A stretch of DNA of 50,201 nucleotides, from positions 1 through 50,201 of the IMG/VR virus record IMGVR_UViG_3300017778_001537; one strand, written 5' to 3'. Positions 1 to 9,970 of this stretch are shown piece by piece; positions within the stretch are counted from its first letter, which is position 1, and each line of letters opens with the position of its first letter. A model generated the notes under the pieces. That model ran no database searches. It worked only from the letters and a program-made list of their open reading frames with translations, and was not told the origin of the DNA. The translations under genes were made by a program, and so were the position numbers. This DNA comes from a virus. Its lineage: Duplodnaviria; Caudoviricetes.

Positions 1-16
1 CAATAAGGAATATATT

Positions 17-223
17 ATGGCCCAAGTACGTGTAAACCACCTCGCTAATCAAACCGCCCGCAGCACTATTGCTGTTATTGATGCTATTACTCAACGCGGT
101 GGCTTCCGTGGTGAAGAGCTTTCAACCATTGGTGGTCTACGTGATCAGTGCGTTCAGATCATTCAGCTTGTTGAATCTATTGAACAAGAAGCTGCAGCCA
201 AGCAGGAAGATGCATCTGCCTAA
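17..223 (+). CDS. hypothetical protein
   Basis: 68 aa ORF with AAGGA SD, upstream of the clamp loader. Confidence 0.75.
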   Translation: MAQVRVNHLANQTARSTIAVIDAITQRGGFRGEELSTIGGLRDQCVQIIQLVESIEQEAAAKQEDASA

Positions 224-252
224 TTGACTTTCTGCTCTGATTGAACTATACT
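224..252 (+). promoter_or_regulatory. sigma70-like early promoter
   Basis: TTGACT-N17-TATACT. Confidence 0.6.
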
Positions 253-275
253 GAATTTTTATTATGGAGAGCTAA

Positions 276-1217
276 ATGTCAAATGACTTCCTTTGGGTTG
301 AAAAGTATCGTCCTCGTAAGATTGCAGAGACGATCCTTCCTAAGCAATTGAAAGAAACCTTCCAAGCCATTGTTAACTCTGGACAGATGCAGAATATGCT
401 GTTCACAGGGACTGCTGGCTTGGGAAAGACTACTGTAGCTCGAGCCCTATGTAATGAGATGGGGCTCGACTATATTGTCGTCAACGGATCCGAAGAGGGT
501 AACATTGATACTCTTCGTGGTAAGATCAAGCAGTTTGCTTCTTCTATCTCGTTGTCGGGTGGCTATAAGGTCGTAATCCTTGATGAGGCTGACTATCTCA
601 ACCCTCAGTCGACCCAGCCAGCTCTTCGTGCATTCATTGAAGAGTTTAGCAATAACTGTCGCTTCATCCTCACCTGTAACTTTAAGAACCGTGTGATCGA
701 ACCTCTTCACTCTCGTTGTAGCGTGTATGAGTTCAACACAACAAAGAAGGATATGGCTGGCTTGGCTGGCCAGTTTATGAAGCGCCTTGAGTTCATCCTC
801 ACTACCGAGGGTGTTAAGTATGAACAGCAAGCTGTAGTCGATTTGATTATGAAGTTTGCTCCTGACTGGCGGAGAACGATTAATGAAGCTCAGCGTCTTG
901 CAAGTAATGGTCGGGGTATTTCTACTGTTGCAACTGGGACATCTATTACAGACTCTTTCGCTGATCTGGCGCTAGCGCTGAAAGCTAAAGACTTCAAGAA
1001 GATGCGCTCTTGGGTTGTCAACAATCAAGATATTGATACTGCAACTGTATACCGTGGAATCTTTGATCGTATGAACGATACTGTGCAGCCTCAGAGCATC
1101 CCTCAGTTGGTTCTGATTCTTGCTGACTATCAGTACAAGGATGCATTCGTAGCTGACCATGAGCTGAATATGGTTGCTTGTATGACTGAGATCATGGCTG
1201 GGGTTGCATTCAAGTGA
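276..1217 (+). CDS. gp44: clamp loader large subunit (T4 gp44-like AAA+)
   Basis: LWVEKYRP, Walker A GTAGLGKT, DEAD Walker B, SRC motif. Confidence 0.97.
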   Translation: MSNDFLWVEKYRPRKIAETILPKQLKETFQAIVNSGQMQNMLFTGTAGLGKTTVARALCNEMGLDYIVVNGSEEGNIDTLRGKIKQFASSISLSGGYKVVILDEADYLNPQSTQPALRAFIEEFSNNCRFILTCNFKNRVIEPLHSRCSVYEFNTTKKDMAGLAGQFMKRLEFILTTEGVKYEQQAVVDLIMKFAPDWRRTINEAQRLASNGRGISTVATGTSITDSFADLALALKAKDFKKMRSWVVNNQDIDTATVYRGIFDRMNDTVQPQSIPQLVLILADYQYKDAFVADHELNMVACMTEIMAGVAFK

Positions 1218-1591
1218 CCCCATTTGATTATCTTAACTCGATGAATGATACCAAGCAAGATATTATGACTGACGATACAGATGAACGTGCTTATGTTCCG
1301 TTTGTCATTAATCGTACACTATCTTACTTTTCTGACACTGTAGCTATTGCTAACGAGATGAATCGATACCACCACATCGACAAAAAGCTCCAATATCACT
1401 TTCTGATAAATATCATACGAAAGCGTAAACGCTTCTCAAAATGGATTAAACCTGACTTGGTTAGTGATATGGAAGTGGTGAAACAATACTATGGTTACAG
1501 CAATGAAAAGGCTCGCCAAGTTTTCCATCTTCTATCGCCTGAGCATATAGAAGAATTAAGAAAAAAGGTGAGCAAAGGTGGAAGAAAATAA
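1214..1591 (+). CDS. gp62: clamp loader small subunit (T4 gp62-like)
   Basis: YVPFVINRTLS...RKRKRFSKW; position after gp44. Confidence 0.93.
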   Translation: MTPFDYLNSMNDTKQDIMTDDTDERAYVPFVINRTLSYFSDTVAIANEMNRYHHIDKKLQYHFLINIIRKRKRFSKWIKPDLVSDMEVVKQYYGYSNEKARQVFHLLSPEHIEELRKKVSKGGRK

Positions 1592-1985
1592 CATCGTACA
1601 GTGGTCCCCAGCAGATATGTTGGAGATTACACTCAACGAACCAGATGATTTTTTAAAGGTTCGTGAAACGCTGACTCGTATTGGAGTAGCGTCAAGAAAA
1701 GACAAAAAACTATATCAATCGTGTCACATCCTGCATAAGCAGGGGCGATACTTTATTGTACACTTTAAAGAGTTGTTTATGCTTGATGGTAAGAAATCAA
1801 ACCTTGAAGAGAACGATGTAATGCGTAGAAATACAATTGCAACGTTGATCTCTGACTGGGGATTGGTTACAATACTGTTGAAGGGGTCTCTAAAGTGCGC
1901 GCCACTTCGACAAATCAAGATCCTTCCGTTTAAGGAAAAGGATGAGTGGGAGTTGTGCCCAAAGTACAACATAGGCAATAAATAG
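1578..1985 (+). CDS. regA: RegA translational repressor
   Basis: DDFLKVRETLTRIGVAS...LYQSCHILHKQGRYFIVHFKELF; T4 synteny. Confidence 0.97.
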   Translation: MEENNIVQWSPADMLEITLNEPDDFLKVRETLTRIGVASRKDKKLYQSCHILHKQGRYFIVHFKELFMLDGKKSNLEENDVMRRNTIATLISDWGLVTILLKGSLKCAPLRQIKILPFKEKDEWELCPKYNIGNK

Positions 1986-2062
1986 AACGACGATATACCT
2001 ATAGGTAATAGCTGCCTCTCATAAATAAATGTGCACAAAGACAATAAACATTGAGAGAAAAA

Positions 2063-2245
2063 ATGACACACATACTAAAGACAATTTGGCAGGCAATCCG
2101 TAACACGGTTTATGCACCCGTTAAATACTCACAATACCGCGAAACATACAACGCTTTACACAAGCTAAATGATCGCGACTTGTGGGACATGGGAATCAGC
2201 CGCGGAGACATTGAAGATATTGCTGCTGGTCGTTTTCATAAATAA
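2063..2245 (+). CDS. DUF1127 (YjiS-like) small protein
   Basis: RETYNALHKLNDRDLWDMGISRGDI fits the L..L.D..L.D.G..R.DI DUF1127 pattern. Confidence 0.8.
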   Translation: MTHILKTIWQAIRNTVYAPVKYSQYRETYNALHKLNDRDLWDMGISRGDIEDIAAGRFHK

Positions 2246-2258
2246 TAAGGTTAATTGA

Positions 2259-3095
2259 ATGAAACCAACATTTGTACTGGGCGTTGGTGCTCAGAAATCT
2301 GGCACTAGCTGGTTACGCCAGCAACTTCATAATCAAAATTTTGCAGACTTTGGCCTGATGAAAGAATATCACGTCTGGGATACATATTTACTAAAGACTT
2401 GTCAAATCTTTAACTTGAATAGCCCAAAAAGAAAACAAACAGGTTGGTTTCAAAAAGTAGAAGAAAGAAATTTTGGAAACGTCCTTGCACACATGCAATC
2501 AAAAAGCGGTGTAGATGAAAAAGCATATGTAAATTATTTTAGTAACCTAATTACTAATGATATTATAATGACTGGGGACTTTACTCCAACTTATCAACTA
2601 CTAAATTCAACACATTATTCGTTTATTAAAAACGAACTAATTTCAGCTGGTTTTGATGTGAAAGTTGTTTTTCTTATGAGAGATCCTGTTGAACGGATTT
2701 GGTCAGCAACAAAAATGCGTCAACGAGAAGAACCTGAACTTAACATACAAGATGAAGATTTACCTCAAATATTTGTTGAATGTTATAGCGGTTGGGAAGC
2801 AGATGTGCGTTCGCGCTATGATGCTACAATTAATAATCTACGAGAAGCATTTGAAGAAAACGAATTACATTTTGAATTCTTTGAACAGCTTTTTACACCA
2901 GAGGCCATTAGTCGATTAAGTCAGTTTCTAAATGTCGAATTGCAAAATATTGAATTCGACACAAAAGTAAACGATTCTAAAATACTAAACATAGACATTC
3001 CCGATGTCCCCGCTTTAGAATGTCGTAAAAAGTTGTCAGAAGTTTACGACTTCTGCCACATCAACTTCCCCATAACAAAGCAGTTGTGGGGTTAA
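2259..3095 (+). CDS. sulfotransferase family protein
   Basis: 5'PSB motif GAQKSGTSWL and 3'PB motif MRDPVERIWS. Confidence 0.85.
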   Translation: MKPTFVLGVGAQKSGTSWLRQQLHNQNFADFGLMKEYHVWDTYLLKTCQIFNLNSPKRKQTGWFQKVEERNFGNVLAHMQSKSGVDEKAYVNYFSNLITNDIIMTGDFTPTYQLLNSTHYSFIKNELISAGFDVKVVFLMRDPVERIWSATKMRQREEPELNIQDEDLPQIFVECYSGWEADVRSRYDATINNLREAFEENELHFEFFEQLFTPEAISRLSQFLNVELQNIEFDTKVNDSKILNIDIPDVPALECRKKLSEVYDFCHINFPITKQLWG

Positions 3096-3122
3096 ATTAT
3101 ACACCCAATAAGGAAACTACAC

Positions 3123-3185
3123 ATGATTGATCCAGATCACACAGTATTCCGTACGCCTGGCGAAAAGAAAAAAGGCGGCAAGTAA
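3123..3185 (+). CDS. putative 20-aa micro-protein MIDPDHTVFRTPGEKKKGGK
   Basis: TAAGGA SD upstream; stop overlaps next ATG (TAATG). Confidence 0.5.
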   Translation: MIDPDHTVFRTPGEKKKGGK

Positions 3186-3238
3186 TGTGGCCGTATACGG
3201 ACGAAGAGCTTGACTTCATTAACGGAAAACGGAAATAG
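3185..3238 (+). CDS. putative 17-aa micro-protein MWPYTDEELDFINGKRK
   Basis: TAATG coupling to the previous ORF, terminator immediately after. Confidence 0.5.
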   Translation: MWPYTDEELDFINGKRK

Positions 3239-3240
3239 GT

Positions 3241-3268
3241 AAGGGCGCTTTGGCGCCCTTTTACTTTT
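3241..3268 (+). terminator. intrinsic terminator
   Basis: AAGGGCGC-TTTG-GCGCCCTT followed by T-rich tract. Confidence 0.75.
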
Positions 3269-3277
3269 GGAGAATAA

Positions 3278-4078
3278 ATGAAAACGTTTGTTATGTGTGT
3301 TGGAGCTCAGAAAGCTGGTACGACATGGTTGTGGCATTATCTACGCAATAGCAAAAGTGTCAACTTTCCTTATCAGAAAGAGCTTCATGTGTGGGACGCT
3401 ATAACCATACCTAATTACAATGTGTTTAAAACTGATCTTGAGCGGGTAAAAAATAGAACATCTGACAAGTTAATACAGCTTGGTTTAATGGAAAGGCCAG
3501 ACGAATATTTTTCGTACTTCGTCGACAAATTATCTAACAATGCCATAACTGGTGACTTTACTCCACAATATTCTGCTCTGAGTGATATTACATACAACCA
3601 CATCATAGATCAGTTTGCGCAGTGTAGTGTAGAAACCAAAGCTATATTTCTAATGAGAGATCCCGTCGATAGATTACAATCAATGATGCGAATGAGAAGC
3701 ATTCAAGGTGGTAATAAATCACCATCGTATGAGACAGAAACACTACTGATGCTGGAACATTGTAAATCTGTAAACTATTATTACACTGGTGATTATTCAG
3801 CAATTGTCCCAAAACTGGATAGGTTATTTCAATCAAATGTTTGCTACAAGTTCTTCGATACACTATTTACTGATCAGTCTGTAGCAGGCATTTGCAATTT
3901 TCTAAACATACCGTTTCACCAACCTGATTACGATTTCAACCCCATCCCTAGCAAAACCTCAAATGTGCTAACCGCTGATGATCGGGCTTACTTTGAACAG
4001 CTATACAAGCCTATCTACGACTACACAGCAGAAAGATTCCCAGAAGTAACAAAGCTGTGGACATACTACCAAAAATGA
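3278..4078 (+). CDS. sulfotransferase family protein (paralog of 2259..3095)
   Basis: GAQKAGTTWL, KELHVWD, TGDFTP and MRDPVDR motifs shared with the first copy. Confidence 0.85.
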   Translation: MKTFVMCVGAQKAGTTWLWHYLRNSKSVNFPYQKELHVWDAITIPNYNVFKTDLERVKNRTSDKLIQLGLMERPDEYFSYFVDKLSNNAITGDFTPQYSALSDITYNHIIDQFAQCSVETKAIFLMRDPVDRLQSMMRMRSIQGGNKSPSYETETLLMLEHCKSVNYYYTGDYSAIVPKLDRLFQSNVCYKFFDTLFTDQSVAGICNFLNIPFHQPDYDFNPIPSKTSNVLTADDRAYFEQLYKPIYDYTAERFPEVTKLWTYYQK

Positions 4079-4091
4079 TGTATGATAAGCA

Positions 4092-6623
4092 TTGATTTAT
4101 ATGGAGAATACATTGGACTTTTATACATCCGTCAATCGATATGGTAACGACATCCTGCTTCGTGGCTTCAAGCACGGTAAGCGTATTGCTGAGAAGATCC
4201 GCTTCATGCCCACACTATACACTCCCATCGATAAAGAAACTGGCTGGAAGACTCTAAGCGGTCAGAATGTTATGCCTCGTGGCTTTGACACGATGCGTGA
4301 CGCTGGAGACTTTATGAAGCAGTATGAGGGTGTCGACAACGTAACTGTATACGGTACAACTAACTACGTCACCCAGTTCATCACTGAACACTATTCAAAA
4401 GATATTAAGTTTGACCGAGACAAGATCAACGTTACCACTCTCGATATCGAGGTGGCATCTGACCAGGGGTTCCCTGGCCCTGACGAAGCTGCCCACACTG
4501 TCATCTCCATTACCAGCAAGAACAATATCGATGGCCTCTATTACGTTTGGGGATTGGAAGACTACGACCCAGCTAAGTGCCCAGTCGTCGACCCAGCTAA
4601 GATCCGATACAAGAAATGCAAAGATGAAATAGATCTGCTGCTAGACTTTCTACACTTCTGGCATAGCCCTACTACTTGCCCCGATGTTGTCACTGGTTGG
4701 TACACACGCAGCTTCGATATTCCATACTTGGTCAACCGTATCAAGAATGTAATTGGTGGGGACGTCTACAAGAAGATGAGCCCTTGGCTCGCTGTCAACG
4801 CTAAGACAATCCCTATGCAAGGTGGACGTGAGATGCACGTCTATGACCTTGAAGGCATTCAGCAGCTTGACTATCTCGATCTGTTCAAGAAGTTTGGCTA
4901 CTCGTATGGCCAGCAGGAGTCGTACAAGCTAGGTCACATTGCACACGTAGTGCTTGGTGATGAGAAGCTGTCATACGAAGAGTATGGCAACCTTCACACT
5001 CTGTACAAAGAAGACTTCCAGAAGTTCATTGACTATAACATCAAGGACGTTGAGCTGGTGGATCGTCTTGAAGAGAAGATGGGTTTGATCACTCTTGCTA
5101 TGGTTATGGCTTATCGTGGTGGTGTTAACTTCTCTGAGACGTTTGGCACTACTTCGATCTGGGACTCGATCATCTATCGGATCCTGCACGCTCAGAAGAC
5201 TGTCGTTCCACCTAAGGTTATGCAGCAGAAGCAGCAGTATCCTGGCGCATATGTCAAGGCTCCTATTCCTGGAAGCTACAAGTGGGTGACATCATTCGAC
5301 CTTAACTCACTGTATCCATTGACGATTGTTCAGTACAATATGTCAATTGAGACTCTTGTTCACGGTAAGATTCCTGGCATTGATCCTGATCAGTATCTTG
5401 CTGGCAATGTATCTGCAATCGAACGAGCTGGTGGTGACTATACTCTGACTGCCACTGGAACACGCTTCCGTAAGGATAAGCAAGGTGTGATTCCAATGAT
5501 CATTAACCAGTACTATGGTGAGCGTGTAGCTGTTAAGAAGCAGATGCTTGCTGCTAAGCAGAAGTACGAGCAGAACAAGACAAAAGCTCTTGAGAATGAG
5601 ATCAACACACTTGAGAACCAGCAGATGGCTATCAAGATTCTTATGAACAGCTTGTATGGTGCTCTAGGTAACAACTTCTTCCGTTACTTCGACATCCGCA
5701 TTGCAGAAGCTATCACAACTTGTGGTCAGCTTGCTATTCGCTGGGCAGAGCGTTCGATTAACCACACTATGAACGAGCTGCTTGAGACAAAAGATGTTGA
5801 CTATGTGATTGCAATCGACACTGACTCGTTGTACATCAACATGGAAGCTCTTGTTAACAAGTTTAACCCTAAGGATCCTGTTAAGTTCTTGGACAAGGTC
5901 TGTGCTGATCACTTCGAGAAGATCCTCGAGAAGGCGTATGCAGATCTAGCTACAACTGTCAACGCATATGACAATCGTATGGTTATGAAGCGAGAAGTTA
6001 TAGCTGATCGTGGGATCTGGGTTGCTAAGAAGCACTACATCCTGAACGTCCACAACAGCGAAGGTGTGCAGTATGCTAAGCCTAAACTAAAGATGATGGG
6101 TATCGAGGCTGTTAAGTCGTCAACTCCTCAGGTGTGCCGAACAAAGTTCAAAGAAGCATTCGAGATCATTATTGCATCTGATGAGCAGACTACTCAGAAG
6201 TTCATTGCTGACTTCCGTAAGGAGTTTAGCAAGTTGTCACCTGAGGAGATCTCGTTCCCTCGTGGTGTCTCTGACATTGATAAGCATATAGATCGCAAGA
6301 CGATCTATGGTAAGGCGTGCCCGATCCATGTTCGTGGTTCACTGCTATACAACCACTACATCAAAGAAAAGGGTCTGGAGCAGCGTTACGAGAAGATCCA
6401 GAACGGTGAGAAGATTAAGTTTGTCTACTTGAAGACTCCAAACCCAATCAGAGAAAACATCATCGCGTATCCTCAGACTCTTCCAAAAGAGCTTGACCTT
6501 CATCGGTATATTGATTACAATAAGATGTTCGAGAACGCCTTTGTGGAACCACTTTCATCTATCTTGGATGCGGTTGGTTGGGACGTTGAGCCTAAGGCAT
6601 CATTAGAGGAATTCTTTGGGTGA
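4092..6623 (+). CDS. gp43: family B DNA polymerase (T4 gp43-like)
   Basis: Exo DIEV; pol motifs [23 protein letters not shown]; C-terminal clamp-binding SLEEFF. Exact start uncertain (4092 or 4101). Confidence 0.98.
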   Translation: MIYMENTLDFYTSVNRYGNDILLRGFKHGKRIAEKIRFMPTLYTPIDKETGWKTLSGQNVMPRGFDTMRDAGDFMKQYEGVDNVTVYGTTNYVTQFITEHYSKDIKFDRDKINVTTLDIEVASDQGFPGPDEAAHTVISITSKNNIDGLYYVWGLEDYDPAKCPVVDPAKIRYKKCKDEIDLLLDFLHFWHSPTTCPDVVTGWYTRSFDIPYLVNRIKNVIGGDVYKKMSPWLAVNAKTIPMQGGREMHVYDLEGIQQLDYLDLFKKFGYSYGQQESYKLGHIAHVVLGDEKLSYEEYGNLHTLYKEDFQKFIDYNIKDVELVDRLEEKMGLITLAMVMAYRGGVNFSETFGTTSIWDSIIYRILHAQKTVVPPKVMQQKQQYPGAYVKAPIPGSYKWVTSFDLNSLYPLTIVQYNMSIETLVHGKIPGIDPDQYLAGNVSAIERAGGDYTLTATGTRFRKDKQGVIPMIINQYYGERVAVKKQMLAAKQKYEQNKTKALENEINTLENQQMAIKILMNSLYGALGNNFFRYFDIRIAEAITTCGQLAIRWAERSINHTMNELLETKDVDYVIAIDTDSLYINMEALVNKFNPKDPVKFLDKVCADHFEKILEKAYADLATTVNAYDNRMVMKREVIADRGIWVAKKHYILNVHNSEGVQYAKPKLKMMGIEAVKSSTPQVCRTKFKEAFEIIIASDEQTTQKFIADFRKEFSKLSPEEISFPRGVSDIDKHIDRKTIYGKACPIHVRGSLLYNHYIKEKGLEQRYEKIQNGEKIKFVYLKTPNPIRENIIAYPQTLPKELDLHRYIDYNKMFENAFVEPLSSILDAVGWDVEPKASLEEFFG

Positions 6624-7591
6624 GCTATTCGTTAACTGTGTTCAAGTCGCCTAGATGGTGGGAAGAACAACAACGATTCGTATATGATAACAAGACTCAT
6701 CGTCGTATAGACTTTGATTCTTGGGAACGCTTTAGCAAATTTCTGTATAAGCTAGCAGAAAGACCTTTGGAGGGTAAACAGAATGCAGAACTTATTTCTC
6801 CGGCTGTATATGAAGCTGGGGCTAAACGACGCAACCAAAATGTACTGGCTTGGGCAGGTTGGTGTGCTGTTGATATTGATGATTGGACATTTGAAGGAGA
6901 CTTAAAAAATGAGCTTTATAACAGGATTGGCCGTTGGAATTATGTTGTGTATTCTACCGCTAGTTCATCGGTTGAACGACCAAAGTTCCGCATTGTGTTT
7001 CAGGTTGATAGACATATACCTGCGGCAGAAATCAGACACTTCTGGTTCGCCCTCCAATCGCACCTTGACGACCGAGGAGACAAACAATGTAAAGACTTCT
7101 GCAGAATGTATTACATCCCTGCGCAATATGCTAACGCTAACAACTTTATTTTCAGCAACACTGGTGACCCTCTTGCTGTTGATTTCTTACTCGCAGCATA
7201 TCCATACAGTGAAAAATCATCAGCAGCCAGCTTCCTCGATCGCCTCCCAGATGCCTGGCGAGAGCAAATCATTGAGCACAGAAAAGCAGGACTAGATAAT
7301 ACTTCCTACTTCTGGACAAGCTATCAAGACTGTCCGTTCCTCAACAAGAGACTAATCTCTGACTGGACAAGTATTGCTGGTGTTGATGGCACTGGTCGTT
7401 ACAGAATGATTTACAAGATTATGATCTCGATTGCTGGTAATGCGGTGAAGAAGGGGTATCCTTTGACTGCTAACCAGCTAGTCGAATTAATTAAACAGCT
7501 CGATGCAGATACATCACGTAAGTATCAGAATCGAGCATTGGATGTTGAAGCGAATAATGCGCTTGAATATGCCTACAAACATGCGGGATGA
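6620..7591 (+). CDS. AEP-superfamily primase / PrimPol-like protein
   Basis: DxD motif AVDIDD, YSTASS..RPKFRIV, KD..RMYYIP, helical PriCT-like C-terminus; coupled to gp43. Confidence 0.7.
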   Translation: MSYSLTVFKSPRWWEEQQRFVYDNKTHRRIDFDSWERFSKFLYKLAERPLEGKQNAELISPAVYEAGAKRRNQNVLAWAGWCAVDIDDWTFEGDLKNELYNRIGRWNYVVYSTASSSVERPKFRIVFQVDRHIPAAEIRHFWFALQSHLDDRGDKQCKDFCRMYYIPAQYANANNFIFSNTGDPLAVDFLLAAYPYSEKSSAASFLDRLPDAWREQIIEHRKAGLDNTSYFWTSYQDCPFLNKRLISDWTSIAGVDGTGRYRMIYKIMISIAGNAVKKGYPLTANQLVELIKQLDADTSRKYQNRALDVEANNALEYAYKHAG

Positions 7592-7594
7592 AAG

Positions 7595-8380
7595 ATGAGA
7601 ATTATTGCAGGACCGTGTCAGCACGAGACTTATGAGCAGTCGTTAGAGATTGCAACTGAATGTAAACGCGTATGTGATATGTACGGCGTTGAGTATATCT
7701 TCAAAGCTAGCTATGATAAAGCCAACCGTACAAGTATTAACGCTCAACGTGGACGGGGAATGGTTAGCACTCTCGAAGAGCTCAAACAGATTAAAGAGCT
7801 GATTGAGGGTTTGAAGATCTTGACAGATGTTCACTCTGAGAAGGATGTATACAGTATTGCAGACTTCTATCGGAGCACTGTGGATGTTGTTCAGATTCCA
7901 GCGTTCTTGTGTCGCCAGACTGACATTATCCAAGCTGCATGTGATATGGGGTTCATCGTCAATATCAAGAAGGGTCAGTTCCTTGCACCATGGGACGTAG
8001 AAGGAATCCTATCTAAGACTGAGGGTGCAAAAGAAGTTTGGATTACAGAGAGAGGAACGAGCTTTGGTTATAATAACCTTGTTGTTGATTTTACTGGTAT
8101 TGAGTATATGCTTAGAAATTATGGTGTACCGATCATCTTTGATGCCACCCACTCGGTACAAAAACCTGGTGGGAACGGCTCGAGTAGTGGTGGTAATCGG
8201 AGCTATGTTCCTGTTTTATCTCGTGCAGCTAGTGCTCTTGGCGTATCTAATTTCTTTATAGAAGTTCACGCTGACCCAGACAATGCGCCAAGTGATGGTC
8301 CAAATATGTTGAGGCTGTCAGACTTTGAAACAGTTGTACAACAAATTAAACAATTTCATTATGAAAGAGGTGTTCTATGA
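7595..8380 (+). CDS. kdsA: Kdo-8-phosphate synthase
   Basis: IAGPC, FKASYDKANRTS, QIPAFLCRQTD, NIKKGQFLAP, DATHSVQ, SDGPN. Confidence 0.95.
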   Translation: MRIIAGPCQHETYEQSLEIATECKRVCDMYGVEYIFKASYDKANRTSINAQRGRGMVSTLEELKQIKELIEGLKILTDVHSEKDVYSIADFYRSTVDVVQIPAFLCRQTDIIQAACDMGFIVNIKKGQFLAPWDVEGILSKTEGAKEVWITERGTSFGYNNLVVDFTGIEYMLRNYGVPIIFDATHSVQKPGGNGSSSGGNRSYVPVLSRAASALGVSNFFIEVHADPDNAPSDGPNMLRLSDFETVVQQIKQFHYERGVL

Positions 8381-8718
8381 AGGCTGGAAAAGTGTGGGGA
8401 ACGACAGAGCTGCTTGAAGCAAACGGTGTGCTCGAGTTTCACCGTATCGATATGATCAAGGGTGGCACTTGCTCAAAGCATTTGCATGAGTACAAGTGGA
8501 ATGGATTCTATGTTGAGTCTGGAACAATGCTTGTCAGAGTGTGGCAAAAGGACTATGATTTAGTTGACGAGACGCTGCTCGAAGCTGGTCAGTACACAAA
8601 GGTTAAGCCTGGTGTGTATCATCAGTTTGAGTGTCTCCAGTCTGGTGTTGCGTTTGAGCTATACTGGGCTGAATTCAATCATAACGATATCAAACGACAG
8701 TCGGTGGGTCACAAGTGA
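8377..8718 (+). CDS. cupin-domain protein (sugar isomerase-like)
   Basis: K.WG, CSKHLH..K...F.V..G, VKPGVYHQF. Confidence 0.8.
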   Translation: MKAGKVWGTTELLEANGVLEFHRIDMIKGGTCSKHLHEYKWNGFYVESGTMLVRVWQKDYDLVDETLLEAGQYTKVKPGVYHQFECLQSGVAFELYWAEFNHNDIKRQSVGHK

Positions 8719-9137
8719 AAGTCGGTTTAACAGCGTCTACGTTTGATTTACTACATGCAGGTCACATTGCGATGCTTCGAGAAGCTAAGACGCAATGTGA
8801 CTACTTAATTTGTGCATTGCAAGTCGATCCGTCAATTGACCGTCAAAACAAGAATAAACCAATCCAAACAATTGTGGAACGATACACACAGCTTTCAGCA
8901 GTGAAGTATGTTGATGAGATTGTTGTCTACGCACACGAGAGAGACTTGGAAGACATCTTGTCTCTATACCCAATCGATGTACGTATCCTCGGAGAGGAAT
9001 ACAAAGACAAGGATTTTACAGGACGAGAGATCTGTAAACGCAAAAACATTCAATTGTATTTTAACAAACGAGATCACCGCTTCTCTTCTAGTGATCTTAG
9101 ACAAAGAGTATTTGATATGGAGAATGATAAGACGTGA
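8715..9137 (+). CDS. TagD-like cytidylyltransferase
   Basis: FDLLHAGH (HxGH) and RDHRFSSSDLR motifs. Confidence 0.88.
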   Translation: MKVGLTASTFDLLHAGHIAMLREAKTQCDYLICALQVDPSIDRQNKNKPIQTIVERYTQLSAVKYVDEIVVYAHERDLEDILSLYPIDVRILGEEYKDKDFTGREICKRKNIQLYFNKRDHRFSSSDLRQRVFDMENDKT

Positions 9138-9970
9138 GAAAACTTAAATTAGCAATCATTGGTCATGGGTTTGCAGGTAAAGCTGTTGACTATGGTTTTA
9201 CCCACAACATGGTCGAGAAGACTATCGTTGATCCTAAATACGGGACCACTGCAAAAGATTTGCCTGACGACATTGACATTGCATTTATATGTGTTCCAAC
9301 TCCAATGGCAGATGACGGCCGTATTGATGCATCCATTCTTAATAGTGTTATGCGTGAGCTACAACTATTAGATAGCATTAAGTTGATTATTATCAAGTCA
9401 ACAGTAACACCAGACATTATTGAAAAATATGCATACGAAAGTATTGTATACAATCCTGAGTTCTTAACTGAGCGGTCTGCTAAGGATGACTTCATTAATC
9501 CACAGTTTCACATCTTTGGTGGTGACAAAGAAGCCACATCGCTAGCAGCAGATCTATACAGCACATTCAGCATCTGTAACCCATGTACTAGTTATTTTAT
9601 GAGCCACAAAGAAGCTAGCTTTGCTAAGTATGCAATCAACAGCTTCCTTGCATTGAAAGTAACATTCTTCAACCAACTATACGATGCTGTGTCAGATACT
9701 GATGCAAACTATGCAACAATTATGAAGATTGTTGGATTGGATAAGCGGATTGGTCATAGTCACACTAAGGTGCCAGGTCCAGACGGTAAGCAAGGGTTTG
9801 GTGGATCGTGCTTCCCAAAGGATGTGTCAGCATTTACAAAGTTCAATAACCGGTTGACTTTGTTGGAGGAATGTATTAAGATCAATAATACATATCGCTC
9901 CAAGTACGAATTAGATGAAAGAGAGAAAGAACAAAATGTCAATTATGGACAAATTAAAGAAGAACTCTAA
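9134..9970 (+). CDS. UDP-glucose/GDP-mannose dehydrogenase family (no C-terminal domain)
   Basis: GHGFAG Rossmann, FICVPTP, IKST, NPEFL, GFGGSCFPKD. Confidence 0.9.
   Translation: MRKLKLAIIGHGFAGKAVDYGFTHNMVEKTIVDPKYGTTAKDLPDDIDIAFICVPTPMADDGRIDASILNSVMRELQLLDSIKLIIIKSTVTPDIIEKYAYESIVYNPEFLTERSAKDDFINPQFHIFGGDKEATSLAADLYSTFSICNPCTSYFMSHKEASFAKYAINSFLALKVTFFNQLYDAVSDTDANYATIMKIVGLDKRIGHSHTKVPGPDGKQGFGGSCFPKDVSAFTKFNNRLTLLEECIKINNTYRSKYELDEREKEQNVNYGQIKEEL

Noticed and set aside
4092-6623. intron/intein in gp43 (also checked nrdA, nrdB, gp41, uvsX, thyX)
   Set aside because: Reading frames are continuous, lengths are normal and no intein motifs were seen
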